Assembly (NCBI GenBank): GCA_900550445.1
Contig: URSF01000001.1
Location: 223-64,222, forward strand
Direction: 5' to 3'
Length of the DNA stretch: 64,000 nucleotides
Source of the DNA: an uncultured Rhodospirillaceae bacterium
GTDB lineage: Bacteria; Pseudomonadota; Alphaproteobacteria; CAAGCB01; CAG-977
The position numbers and the translations under genes were made by a program. This document shows positions 38,915 to 47,393 of the stretch, in pieces. Positions within the stretch are counted from its first letter, which is position 1, and each line of letters starts with the position of its first letter. The notes beneath the pieces were generated by a model. That model saw only the letters and a program-made list of their open reading frames with translations, was not told the origin of the DNA and did no database searches.

Positions 38915-38942
38915 AAAAAGCCTCATAAAGAGGCTTTTTTTT
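38913..38942. terminator. bidirectional rho-independent terminator
   Basis: Hairpin gcctc(ataaa)gaggc flanked by an A-run and a T-run, between convergent genes. Confidence 0.65.
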
Positions 38943-39906
38943 AAGCTTCCGGTTCGCGGAACAATGGTTTGCCCTGAAACATACGCGCCGACTGCGATTC
39001 CATTAAAGTACCCAGAGCGATCTGCCTGTCTCTGATACTGATGCGCAGCTGGTCTGCCGCCGTCGGATCGGGATTGGCAAAAACAAAGCGCACTTCAGGA
39101 AACATTGTTTTAATTCCCTGTAATTTCTGATGAATAACGCCCAGAATACCGCGGCCCAGCAGGTCTGCGGCCAGTTCTTCGCTTAAATCCGCGCTCATGG
39201 CGTATTTAATAACGGAATTCAGCGCGTCTTCCACACTGTTGGCGTGAATGGTCGACAGCACCAGATGGCCTGACGTCGCCGCGCGCAGAATCTGGCTGGC
39301 GCAGTCGGGGGTTCGGATTTCGCCGACCAGAATATATCTGGGGCGGCAGCGCAGAGCCGATTTCAAAGATTCGCCCCAGTCGTTGTTATCCGGTTCCGTC
39401 TGTTTGCACATGCCTAAACCGCCGCGTTTGGACTGATAAATACCGTCCAGCGGCATTTCGGGCGGATCTTCAATCGTATAAGCATAGCCGCCTTCGCGTT
39501 CCAGGAATTTACGCATCAGGCAGGAAATGGAGGTTGTTTTCCCTGCGCCCGTCGGCCCGGCCCATAGAATCAGTCCGGATTCGCGGTTTAAAGAAATTAA
39601 ATGATTCGTAACGGCTTCCGGCAGTCCCAGTCTGACGACGTCCGGCGTCTTGCGGGGCATGCGTCGGGCGGAATACATAATGCCCGTTAATGTCGCAACG
39701 CGTTCGACGCGGTACATCGTGGAACCGTAAGCCATAGAGTAACTGGATCGTCCCGTATAGGCTCTTTCCAAAGCCTGATGGAATTCTTCCGCGTCGTCCA
39801 CCTCCAGCACTTTTAACCCGAAGCGTGTTTCTCCGTCATGAACGTATAAAGTATGATCGGGCGTGTACCAGATATCTGAAAAAAGTTGTTCGTCAATTGT
39901 TGCCAT
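38941..39906 (-). CDS. PilT/PilU-like secretion-family ATPase (orphan)
   Basis: Walker A GPTGAGKTTS, Asp box TIEDPPE, Walker B YILVGEIR and His box GHLVLSTIHAN. C-terminal QLRISIRDRQ resembles the PilT AIRNLIRE helix. Confidence 0.8.
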   Translation of the reverse strand: MATIDEQLFSDIWYTPDHTLYVHDGETRFGLKVLEVDDAEEFHQALERAYTGRSSYSMAYGSTMYRVERVATLTGIMYSARRMPRKTPDVVRLGLPEAVTNHLISLNRESGLILWAGPTGAGKTTSISCLMRKFLEREGGYAYTIEDPPEMPLDGIYQSKRGGLGMCKQTEPDNNDWGESLKSALRCRPRYILVGEIRTPDCASQILRAATSGHLVLSTIHANSVEDALNSVIKYAMSADLSEELAADLLGRGILGVIHQKLQGIKTMFPEVRFVFANPDPTAADQLRISIRDRQIALGTLMESQSARMFQGKPLFREPEA

Positions 39907-39969
39907 AATTTAAATCCACTTAAAAACTTTAAAAATATAAATCAAAAATCGCGGAAGATGCAAGAAAGT

Positions 39970-40773
39970 TTACATGATTATTTTATTACGGCGGTGTAAC
40001 AGGCAGCACAGCAGAAATAAAAAAGCGCAGATGACTTCCATCGACGGGGCGGCGGGCGTGTCGAAATAAATTGAACAGGCCAGTCCGGCAACGACGCAAA
40101 ATAAACCGATTAAAGATCCTCCGACCGCCATTGTTTCGGGTGTTTTTGCAAAAAAACGGGCTGTCGCCGGCGGAATTATCAATAAAGCGGATACCAGCAG
40201 CAGCCCTGTTGTTTTCAAGGCCAACGCCACAAATAAAGCCGTTACGATCATAAAAACGGCGGATTGAAACGTCGTTGAAACGTTTTCGCTTTGGGCGACG
40301 TCGGGCATGACGGCGGCAAATATTTGTTTTTTCCAGTTAAAGAACAACAATACGGCGCACAGACTGCCGGTCGCGGCGATGAAAATCAAATCGCTGCCGG
40401 TGACGGATAAAACGTCGCCGAATAAATAGGCGGTCAGATCCGTTCTGATCCCCGGCAGACAGGACAAGCCGATAATTCCCAGACACAGAGCTGTCTGTCC
40501 GATAATCAGCAACAGCAGATCCATGCCGATAATAAACCTGTCCGAAACTTTCGCCAGCAGCAGAGCCGTTAAACAAACGATAACGGCGACGCCCGCATTT
40601 TGTCCGATTCCCAGACCGATTCCCAGCAAAACGCCGGCCAAAGCCGAATGTGACAGCGTATCGCTGAAATAAGCCATGCGCCGCCAGATCATCAGACAGC
40701 CGACAGGACCGGCCAGACCCGCCATTGCGGCGGCGGCGGTCAATCCGCGCAGGATAAAAGGTTCAGTCCACAT
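39970..40773 (-). CDS. znuB: zinc ABC transporter permease
   Basis: ABC-3 family permease pattern (MAYFSDTLSHSALAGV...). The ATG at 40773 is preferred, since the longer ORF runs through znuC. Confidence 0.85.
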   Translation of the reverse strand: MWTEPFILRGLTAAAAMAGLAGPVGCLMIWRRMAYFSDTLSHSALAGVLLGIGLGIGQNAGVAVIVCLTALLLAKVSDRFIIGMDLLLLIIGQTALCLGIIGLSCLPGIRTDLTAYLFGDVLSVTGSDLIFIAATGSLCAVLLFFNWKKQIFAAVMPDVAQSENVSTTFQSAVFMIVTALFVALALKTTGLLLVSALLIIPPATARFFAKTPETMAVGGSLIGLFCVVAGLACSIYFDTPAAPSMEVICAFLFLLCCLLHRRNKIIM

Positions 40774-41512
40774 GTTGAATGCTCCCGTCCGGCAGATGCA
40801 AGTGGTCATGATGATGCCGATAAACGGCCAAAGCCGGTTTTTCACCGTATAGACGGCGGTATCCCGGCAGATCGGCGATTTCATCGGGAGCGCCGGAACA
40901 GCAGATATGACGGTTGATGCACAATACCTGATGCGATCCGGCCATGACGATATGCAGATCGTGCGACACCATGACAATGGCGCACTTTTTTGTTTGGTTT
41001 AATTCGTCCAGCAAAGCATAAAACTGTTCTTCGCCGACCGGATCCAGCCCTTGCGCCGGTTCGTCCAACACCAGCAGATCGGGTTGCTTTAACAATGTTC
41101 TGGCCAGCATGACGCGCTGCATTTCCCCGCCGGACAAAGGGTGAACGCTGCGCTGCAGAATTTCCGGCGGCAGGCCGGTCTGTTTTAAAACGCCGGCCAG
41201 TTCTTTGTCGCCGTAAGGGGCGTCCAGACATAAAAAACGTTTGACTGTCAGCGGAATAGCGCGGGATAAGTTCAGTTTTTGCGGGATATAACCGATTTTG
41301 ATCCCCGGTTTTTTCCGGATACTGCCGCTGTCCGGCCGGATAATGCCCAGAATGATTTTCAGCAGCGTTGTTTTTCCTGCGCCGTTCGGGCCGATCAACG
41401 TAACGATCCGTCCCGGCAGTATTTCAAAAGAAATATTGTCCAGTACGGAAATATCATTAAAACTCAGACATACATTGTCCAGTTTGACCAGAGCTTCTTG
41501 TTGTTCGGGCAT
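40763..41512 (-). CDS. znuC: zinc ABC transporter ATP-binding protein
   Basis: Walker A GPNGAGKTT, signature LSGGEMQR, Walker B LLVLDEP, and a His-rich C-terminus (YRHHHDHLH). Confidence 0.9.
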   Translation of the reverse strand: MPEQQEALVKLDNVCLSFNDISVLDNISFEILPGRIVTLIGPNGAGKTTLLKIILGIIRPDSGSIRKKPGIKIGYIPQKLNLSRAIPLTVKRFLCLDAPYGDKELAGVLKQTGLPPEILQRSVHPLSGGEMQRVMLARTLLKQPDLLVLDEPAQGLDPVGEEQFYALLDELNQTKKCAIVMVSHDLHIVMAGSHQVLCINRHICCSGAPDEIADLPGYRRLYGEKPALAVYRHHHDHLHLPDGSIQHVD

Positions 41513-41588
41513 GGAATTATCCGGTTTTAGAACTTGTTTTTCCTGTCATAGCGTAATACACAATAAAGGAAAAGAGGATAATTTTTTT

Positions 41589-42476
41589 ATGTTTTTTAAA
41601 ACGGCTTTTGCGTTTTTTTGCTGTATTGCGTTCTTGACCGGATCCGTTTCGGCCCGGCCGGCCGTCATTGTTTCCGTCGCGCCGCTTCATTCTGCCGTCA
41701 GCGCGGTCATGCAGGGCGTCGGCGAACCGGAATTACTGTTAAATCCGGCAGTGTCCGTGCATGATTATCACTTAAAACCGTCCGACATGCAGCGTCTGTC
41801 AAAGGCCGACGTTTTGTTCTGGGGCGGTCCGGCGTTGGAATCGTTTTTGCAAAAGCCGCTGGTTTCCGCCGGCCTGTCGGATAAAAACGTTGCTTTTCTG
41901 GCCGATCCGGAAATGACGGTTTATCCGGCGCGTGCAGAAGGAAGCTTTGCCGATATCGACGGGCATTTCTGGCTGGATCCCGACAATATGGCGCGGACGG
42001 CGCGGATCGCGGCGGAAAAGTTGGCGGCTCTGGATCCCGGTCATGCGGCGCTTTATCGGGAAAATGCGGCCCGGTTTGAAAATCAGATGCGAGAATTGAA
42101 AGCGAAGGGTAAAAAGATGCTCCGCCCGTATGCCGAAACGCCGTACGTGACGTTTCATGACGCGTATCAGTATTTTGAAAAAAGTTTTGATTTAACGCCG
42201 ATCGGCGCGGTTTTTATTGATCCTCATCATGCTGCCGGAGCCGGGCGGATCAGCGGCCTGCGCGAAAAAATGAAACAGTCGGGAAAAGTATGCCTGTTTG
42301 CAGAACCGCAGTTTTCTGATAAAAGATTAAAGGTTGTCGCGGAAGATATGCCCGTCGTTTCCGGCGTGCTGGATCCGGCCGGTATCGACCTGACGCCCGG
42401 CCCGGATTTTTACGCGGATATGATGAATGCTTTGTTTGATTCGTTTGTCCGGTGCGTTTCCCGGCCGGCGGAATAA
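41589..42476 (+). CDS. znuA: zinc ABC transporter periplasmic binding protein
   Basis: Signal peptide MFFKTAFAFFCCIAFLTGSVSA, cluster-9 SBP pattern (HDYHLKPSD, HFWLDP, FHDAYQYF). Divergent from znuCB. ATG at 41589. Confidence 0.85.
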   Translation: MFFKTAFAFFCCIAFLTGSVSARPAVIVSVAPLHSAVSAVMQGVGEPELLLNPAVSVHDYHLKPSDMQRLSKADVLFWGGPALESFLQKPLVSAGLSDKNVAFLADPEMTVYPARAEGSFADIDGHFWLDPDNMARTARIAAEKLAALDPGHAALYRENAARFENQMRELKAKGKKMLRPYAETPYVTFHDAYQYFEKSFDLTPIGAVFIDPHHAAGAGRISGLREKMKQSGKVCLFAEPQFSDKRLKVVAEDMPVVSGVLDPAGIDLTPGPDFYADMMNALFDSFVRCVSRPAE

Positions 42477-42491
42477 TTGAGGGATAATCCG

Positions 42492-44003
42492 GTGAGATTT
42501 TCGATCGTTCTGTTTTTGCTTTTTTGCCTGTTGCCTGTTGATTTGTCCGCGCAGAATATGATGCCGCAGCGAATCAGGTATCCTGTCGCGGCCGGAGTTT
42601 CTTATCCTCGCGACGCCCGGGAACTGTCCAAAAAAACGGCAGAGCTGATCGAATCGGCCGACCGTCGTCTGCGTCTGCCGGCTTCGGAAATTCCGAAAGT
42701 GATTATTGTTCCGCATAACGCTTTTTATTTTTCCGGCGACGTTGCCGCGGCCGGATATGCGGCATTGCGGCGGTTGAAGCCTTTTGTTAAACGCGTCGTT
42801 TTGATCGGATCGTCGCATCAGGGAAAATATTTTGGGATTTCGCTTTCTCAAGCCAAATATTGGGAAATGCCGAACCAGCGTTTTGAAGTCGATCAGGAGT
42901 TGACGGATAAGCTGTTGAAAATTCAGGGCATCGGATTTGACAGCGACGCGCATGAAGCCGAATCGTCTTTGGAAATGCAATTGCCTTTTGTCAGCGCGGT
43001 TTTCGGCAAAGACGTTAAAATCATGCCGATTTTGGTCGAAGACGCCAGCATCGAACAGGTTTCCGACCTGATCGCGGCCGTCTGGGGCGGGCCGGAAACA
43101 GTGATTGTTATTTCGACTGACATGTCTTCGGGCAAACAGGAAGAAAAAGTCAAATCGGATATTTATGACATATCGAAACTGCTGGAAAAAGAAGAATACA
43201 CAAAAATCAAATCAAGACATTTCTGCGCGCCGCTTCTCGTTGCCGGGCTGCTGGCATATGTGCGGGAAAATCATTTTTCCGTTCAGACAATCGAGCTGCA
43301 GACGTCGGCCGATGCTTTTCCGGGGGCAGACAAAGTCGTCGGATTCGGGGCGTTCGGCGTTTATGAAACAAACGACGGGGCCGAAGACAACAAAGTGCAG
43401 ATGGAAAATATTTTGCAGGCCAACCAGGAATCTTTGCTGCGCGTCGCGGCTCAGTCGATCGTGACCGGATTTGAACGCGGCCGTCCGCTGCGTCTGCGGG
43501 AATCACGCTATCCCGAAGAGCTGCGGCAGAAAGGTGCGACGTTTGTCAATATTTACTATAACGGCGCGCTTCGCGGCAGTGCCGGGTCGGGCGAACCGAA
43601 GCGTTCTATTCTGGAAGATATCGCCGAAAACGCGTATGCGGCCGCTTTTTCGGATTTTCGTTTTATTCCTTTGAACGAAGAAGAAATCAAAAATGCGGAA
43701 ATCACTATATCCATTTTAACGCGCCCGTCGCCGGTCCGGTTTGAAAACGAAAAAGATCTGCTGGCGAAAATCAAGCCGCATCAGGACGGTTTAATTCTGC
43801 GGGAACGGTCGAATAAAGCTTTGTTTTTGCCGCAGGTATGGGAAACGTTTTCTTCGCCGGAAGAATTTCTGGCGTATTTGAAACAAAAAGCCGGATTGCC
43901 TATGGATTACTGGTCGCCGACAGTAAAAGTTTACCGTTTTGACGTGATTGACATTAACAGCGGCGATCTGGAAAATCCGGGATCCATCTGGCTACCGAAA
44001 TAG
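42492..44003 (+). CDS. MEMO1-family (AmmeMemoRadiSam protein B-like) + AMMECR1 (protein A-like) fusion, with apparent signal peptide
   Basis: The N-terminal half is YPVAAGVSYPRD...VIIVPHNAFYFSG...GSSH (MEMO pattern). The C-terminal half is GATFVNIYYNGALRGSAGS...LFLPQVWE (AMMECR1 pattern). The GTG at 42492 has SD gaggga 7 nt upstream and yields MRFSIVLFLLFCLLPVDLSA-QN. It starts 16 nt after the znuA stop. Confidence 0.8.
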   Translation: MRFSIVLFLLFCLLPVDLSAQNMMPQRIRYPVAAGVSYPRDARELSKKTAELIESADRRLRLPASEIPKVIIVPHNAFYFSGDVAAAGYAALRRLKPFVKRVVLIGSSHQGKYFGISLSQAKYWEMPNQRFEVDQELTDKLLKIQGIGFDSDAHEAESSLEMQLPFVSAVFGKDVKIMPILVEDASIEQVSDLIAAVWGGPETVIVISTDMSSGKQEEKVKSDIYDISKLLEKEEYTKIKSRHFCAPLLVAGLLAYVRENHFSVQTIELQTSADAFPGADKVVGFGAFGVYETNDGAEDNKVQMENILQANQESLLRVAAQSIVTGFERGRPLRLRESRYPEELRQKGATFVNIYYNGALRGSAGSGEPKRSILEDIAENAYAAAFSDFRFIPLNEEEIKNAEITISILTRPSPVRFENEKDLLAKIKPHQDGLILRERSNKALFLPQVWETFSSPEEFLAYLKQKAGLPMDYWSPTVKVYRFDVIDINSGDLENPGSIWLPK

Positions 44004-44012
44004 GGGAAAAAG

Positions 44013-44450
44013 ATGAAAGTTGTGTGGGTCGTTGCCGGGGCGCTGATTACGTCTGATTTCAAAGTGCTGTTGTCGCGCCGGCCGGAAGGCAAAAATCTGG
44101 CCGGTTTCTGGGAATATCCCGGCGGCAAGATCGAAACGGGCGAAACGCCGCAGGACGCTTTGTGCCGCGAATTAAAGGAAGAACTGAACATAATCGTTGT
44201 TCCTGAACATTTGGAACCGCTGACATTCGCATCGTTCGGATACGAAACGTTTCATTTGGTCATGCCTTTGTTTGTCTGCCGGTCGTGGCAGGGGATCCCC
44301 GTCGGGGCGGAAGGACAGAAAATTGATTTTGTCGATGCGGAAAACGCGGGGCTGGAACCGGATAAATATCCGATGCCGCCGGCTGACGATGACCTTTCTG
44401 ACTGCTTGAGGCTATGGGTGAAACGGCATAAAAAGAAAGAAGCGGTGTAA
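44013..44450 (+). CDS. mutT: Nudix hydrolase, MutT-like (8-oxo-dGTP diphosphatase)
   Basis: Nudix box GFWEYPGGKIETGETPQDALCRELKEELNI. Confidence 0.8.
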   Translation: MKVVWVVAGALITSDFKVLLSRRPEGKNLAGFWEYPGGKIETGETPQDALCRELKEELNIIVVPEHLEPLTFASFGYETFHLVMPLFVCRSWQGIPVGAEGQKIDFVDAENAGLEPDKYPMPPADDDLSDCLRLWVKRHKKKEAV

Positions 44451-44533
44451 GTAAAAAATTTTATTTTACACTCTGGTGATCCGGCGGAGATTAGTATATA
44501 TTATTTAAAACTTTATGATATTCGGATTGAAAG

Positions 44534-45103
44534 ATGACGGAAAAACAAACTTTTAAACAGAAAATACCGAATTACCTGACATTTATGCGGATTTTGGTTA
44601 TTCCGGGCGTGGTGGCTTCCTTTTCTTTCCCCGGTATTCTGGCCGCGTGGGTGGGCTGCGGACTGTTTATTGCAGCGTCCATAACGGATTATTTTGACGG
44701 ATACCTGGCCAGAAAGTTCAAAAGCACTTCCAGTCTGGGGCGGATTTTCGATCCGATAGCCGATAAACTGCTGGTCGCCGCGACATTGTTGATGATGGCG
44801 GCTTATGACCGTTTGGGGTATACCGGATTGTGGCCGGCCGTCGTTATTTTGTGCCGCGAAGTTCTGGTTTCCGGATTGCGTGAGTTTTTGGCGGAAATCC
44901 GAATCGGACTGCCCGTAACCCGGTTGGCAAAATGGAAAACGGGTATTCAGATGGTGGCGATCCCCATGCTGATGGTGGCTGATTTTTCCCCGTGGTTCTG
45001 CTATTTCGGCGAAGTGGGTGAAGTGTTGATCTGGGTTGCCGCTTTGCTGACGGTCATTACGGGATATGACTATTTGCGCGCGGGGCTGAAACATCTGGAT
45101 TAA
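44534..45103 (+). CDS. pgsA: CDP-diacylglycerol--glycerol-3-phosphate 3-phosphatidyltransferase
   Basis: CDP-alcohol phosphatidyltransferase motif DGYLARKF...GRIFDPIADKL. Confidence 0.9.
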   Translation: MTEKQTFKQKIPNYLTFMRILVIPGVVASFSFPGILAAWVGCGLFIAASITDYFDGYLARKFKSTSSLGRIFDPIADKLLVAATLLMMAAYDRLGYTGLWPAVVILCREVLVSGLREFLAEIRIGLPVTRLAKWKTGIQMVAIPMLMVADFSPWFCYFGEVGEVLIWVAALLTVITGYDYLRAGLKHLD

Positions 45104-45122
45104 AAGATTTTTTTGAAAAATC

Positions 45123-45152
45123 AAAAGCCCGCTTTTCAAAGGCGGGCTTTTT
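45123..45152 (+). terminator. rho-independent terminator after pgsA
   Basis: Stem agcccgc / gcgggct followed by a T-run. Confidence 0.65.
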
Positions 45153-45193
45153 ATGTTAATACAAAAACGGCTTTGTTATTTGGAGGCTTTTGA

Positions 45194-46189
45194 ATGAAAA
45201 ATATTATTCTTACGGGTGTAAAACCGACCGGAACGCCGCATCTGGGAAACTATTTCGGTGCGATCAAACCGGCCGTTGAACTGATGAAAGATCCCGATGC
45301 GCAATGTTTTTATTTTATTGCGGATTATCATGCACTGACGACGCTGCAGTCTGCGGCGGACATGCAGAAATATTTTTATGAAATCGCCTGCACGTGGCTG
45401 GCCGCCGGTCTGGATCCCGACAAAGCCGTTTTTTACAGACAGTCCGATATTCCAGAAGTGTTTGAATTAACGACGATTATTTCCAACGTTACGCCGAAAG
45501 GGCTGATGAACCGCGCCCATGCGTATAAAGCCTGCGTTGAAAAAAACGAAGCGGCCGGCGTTGACCGCGACGCCGATATCAACATGGGGCTGTACAATTA
45601 TCCGATTTTAATGGCGGCGGATATTATGCTGTTTAACACAAAGTATGTCCCCGTCGGCCAGGATCAAAAGCAGCATGTCGAAATTGCCCGCGATATCGCG
45701 CAGTACTTTAATAAAAAATACGGTAAATCCTTGATGGTGCCGTGCGAAAAAATCAGCGAACAGGTCGCGACGCTGGCGGGTTTGGACGGGCGGAAAATGT
45801 CGAAGAGCTATAACAACGTCATTCCTTTGTTCTGTCCGGAAAAACAGCTGCATAAATGCGTCATGTCGATCAAAACGGATTGTTCCGCGCCGAATGATCC
45901 GAAAGACACGAACAGCATTTTGTTCACGCTGTATAAATTGTTCGCGTCGCCGGAACAAATCGCGGCTTATGAGCAGGCTTTTCATGACGGCATTTTGTGG
46001 TCGGAAGCCAAAAAACAGCTGTTTGGAGTTATGAACGCCTATTTGTCGCCGATGCGTGAAAAGTACGATTATTATATGGCGCATCACGATGAAGTCGACG
46101 ATATTCTGGCTCAGGGGGCGGCAAAGGCTCGCGTTATTGCCAAAGAAACGATGGAACGGGTCAGAAAAGCGATCGGCGCCAGACGTTAA
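45194..46189 (+). CDS. trpS: tryptophan--tRNA ligase
   Basis: Class I motifs GTPHLGNY (HIGH-like) and KMSKS. Confidence 0.95.
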   Translation: MKNIILTGVKPTGTPHLGNYFGAIKPAVELMKDPDAQCFYFIADYHALTTLQSAADMQKYFYEIACTWLAAGLDPDKAVFYRQSDIPEVFELTTIISNVTPKGLMNRAHAYKACVEKNEAAGVDRDADINMGLYNYPILMAADIMLFNTKYVPVGQDQKQHVEIARDIAQYFNKKYGKSLMVPCEKISEQVATLAGLDGRKMSKSYNNVIPLFCPEKQLHKCVMSIKTDCSAPNDPKDTNSILFTLYKLFASPEQIAAYEQAFHDGILWSEAKKQLFGVMNAYLSPMREKYDYYMAHHDEVDDILAQGAAKARVIAKETMERVRKAIGARR

Positions 46190-46192
46190 AGT

Positions 46193-46221
46193 AAAAAACT
46201 CCGCTGCGGCGGAGTTTTTTT
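46193..46221. terminator. bidirectional rho-independent terminator
   Basis: Stem actccgc / gcggagt flanked by an A-run and a T-run, between convergent genes. Confidence 0.7.
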
Positions 46222-47386
46222 ATCTGCACCAACCGTGAGCAAACAGTTTTTGCAGCAGTTCCCGGTCGGCGTTCGCTGTTTTTTCGTTATAGGAATAAGA
46301 CGAGAAGATTTCTCCGTTCGCGGCCGCGGCGACTGTCGGCGCGCCGGAAAGTTCCGCCTGATGCGGCGACAATAATCCGCTCAGTTCGTTTTGGGGAATG
46401 TGACAGATTTTGCCGAATCCTTTTTTCTGATTGTTTTTTTCAATGACGTTGGCCAGCTTGATTTGGCAGCCGCCGCCGGAAAAAACGGATTGAACGCCGG
46501 TTTGTATTTTAATGTTTTTTATCGTTTGGGTTTTGACCGGGCCTTTGTATTCTTTTTCATTTCGCGCGCAGGCGTTCAGCGCGTACAACAGTCCGTCCGC
46601 CTGATATTCGGGAACATAGCGGGCGGCGGTATCGTCTTCGGCCAGATCATACAAATCTTCCAGTCCGCCGATGCCGTCAAGCTGTTCGTCGGTTAGAAGC
46701 AGTTCAAACGGCGGAAAAGACAGAACGCACCTGCCGTTTTCTTTTCCGCGGACAGTAATTTCCGTTGAAAGGAACAGAAAATTTTTTTCCAAAGATCCGG
46801 GAAGGCAGGATCGAATTTTTTCAATAAACTCCGGCGGGAAAGATAAAAGCTGTTCTTTTAATTTTTCTTCGTCCTGTTTTGTCGGTTCCAGAATTTCGCA
46901 GGCGGTATTGTTGATTTTGTTCCAGACAATATTGAATTTATTGTCGGTCATGGTTGTCTGCATGGGAATTTTTTCTTTTTTCCCGTCCGGCGTTTCCAAA
47001 AACAAATAAGTCGTAAAACTTTCCGTAACGGGAGTTGTCGAACGATCCAGCATGGCCTGATAGATTTCTTGACGCTGTTCGGGTGAAACACGGCAGACGG
47101 TGCTGCCAAACAGACCGTTAACGACGGAAAAGGCGCAGAAACCGGCTTCGTCTTTTCCTTTAACGGTAATTTGTATGGAAAACGGGACGTTGCCGAAAAG
47201 GGCGCCGAGAGCCTTTAAACGGGGATTTGCCTGCGTAAAATCTTCAGAATAGGGCAGGCAATCCTTTGCCGCGGCCAGCAGAGCGTCCGAAAAATTAAAC
47301 GGTTCCGCCGATTCGTTTTTTATCGTTATCTGGGCGGATACCGGCAAGGAGAACAGCAGAAACACAAAAACAACCGCTTTTTTCAT
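46220..47386 (-). CDS. secreted hypothetical protein with three Cys-containing internal repeats
   Basis: Signal peptide MKKAVVFVFLLFSLPVSA. There are three related modules: C-LPYS...IQITVKGKDEAGFCAFS...CRVSPEQ; C-LPGS...TEITVRGKENGRCVLS; and C-ARNE...IKIQTG...GGGCQIK...CHIPQNE. No family recognised. Confidence 0.5.
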   Translation of the reverse strand: MKKAVVFVFLLFSLPVSAQITIKNESAEPFNFSDALLAAAKDCLPYSEDFTQANPRLKALGALFGNVPFSIQITVKGKDEAGFCAFSVVNGLFGSTVCRVSPEQRQEIYQAMLDRSTTPVTESFTTYLFLETPDGKKEKIPMQTTMTDNKFNIVWNKINNTACEILEPTKQDEEKLKEQLLSFPPEFIEKIRSCLPGSLEKNFLFLSTEITVRGKENGRCVLSFPPFELLLTDEQLDGIGGLEDLYDLAEDDTAARYVPEYQADGLLYALNACARNEKEYKGPVKTQTIKNIKIQTGVQSVFSGGGCQIKLANVIEKNNQKKGFGKICHIPQNELSGLLSPHQAELSGAPTVAAAANGEIFSSYSYNEKTANADRELLQKLFAHGWCR

Positions 47387-47393
47387 GGCAGGA

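Noticed and set aside
41513-41588. Zur box in the divergent znuA | znuCB intergenic region.
   Set aside because: No AT-rich palindrome of the expected ~19-bp type is present. The only inverted repeat (ggaattatcc ... ggataatt) coincides with the two ribosome-binding contexts. Regulation by Zur remains possible but is not visible.
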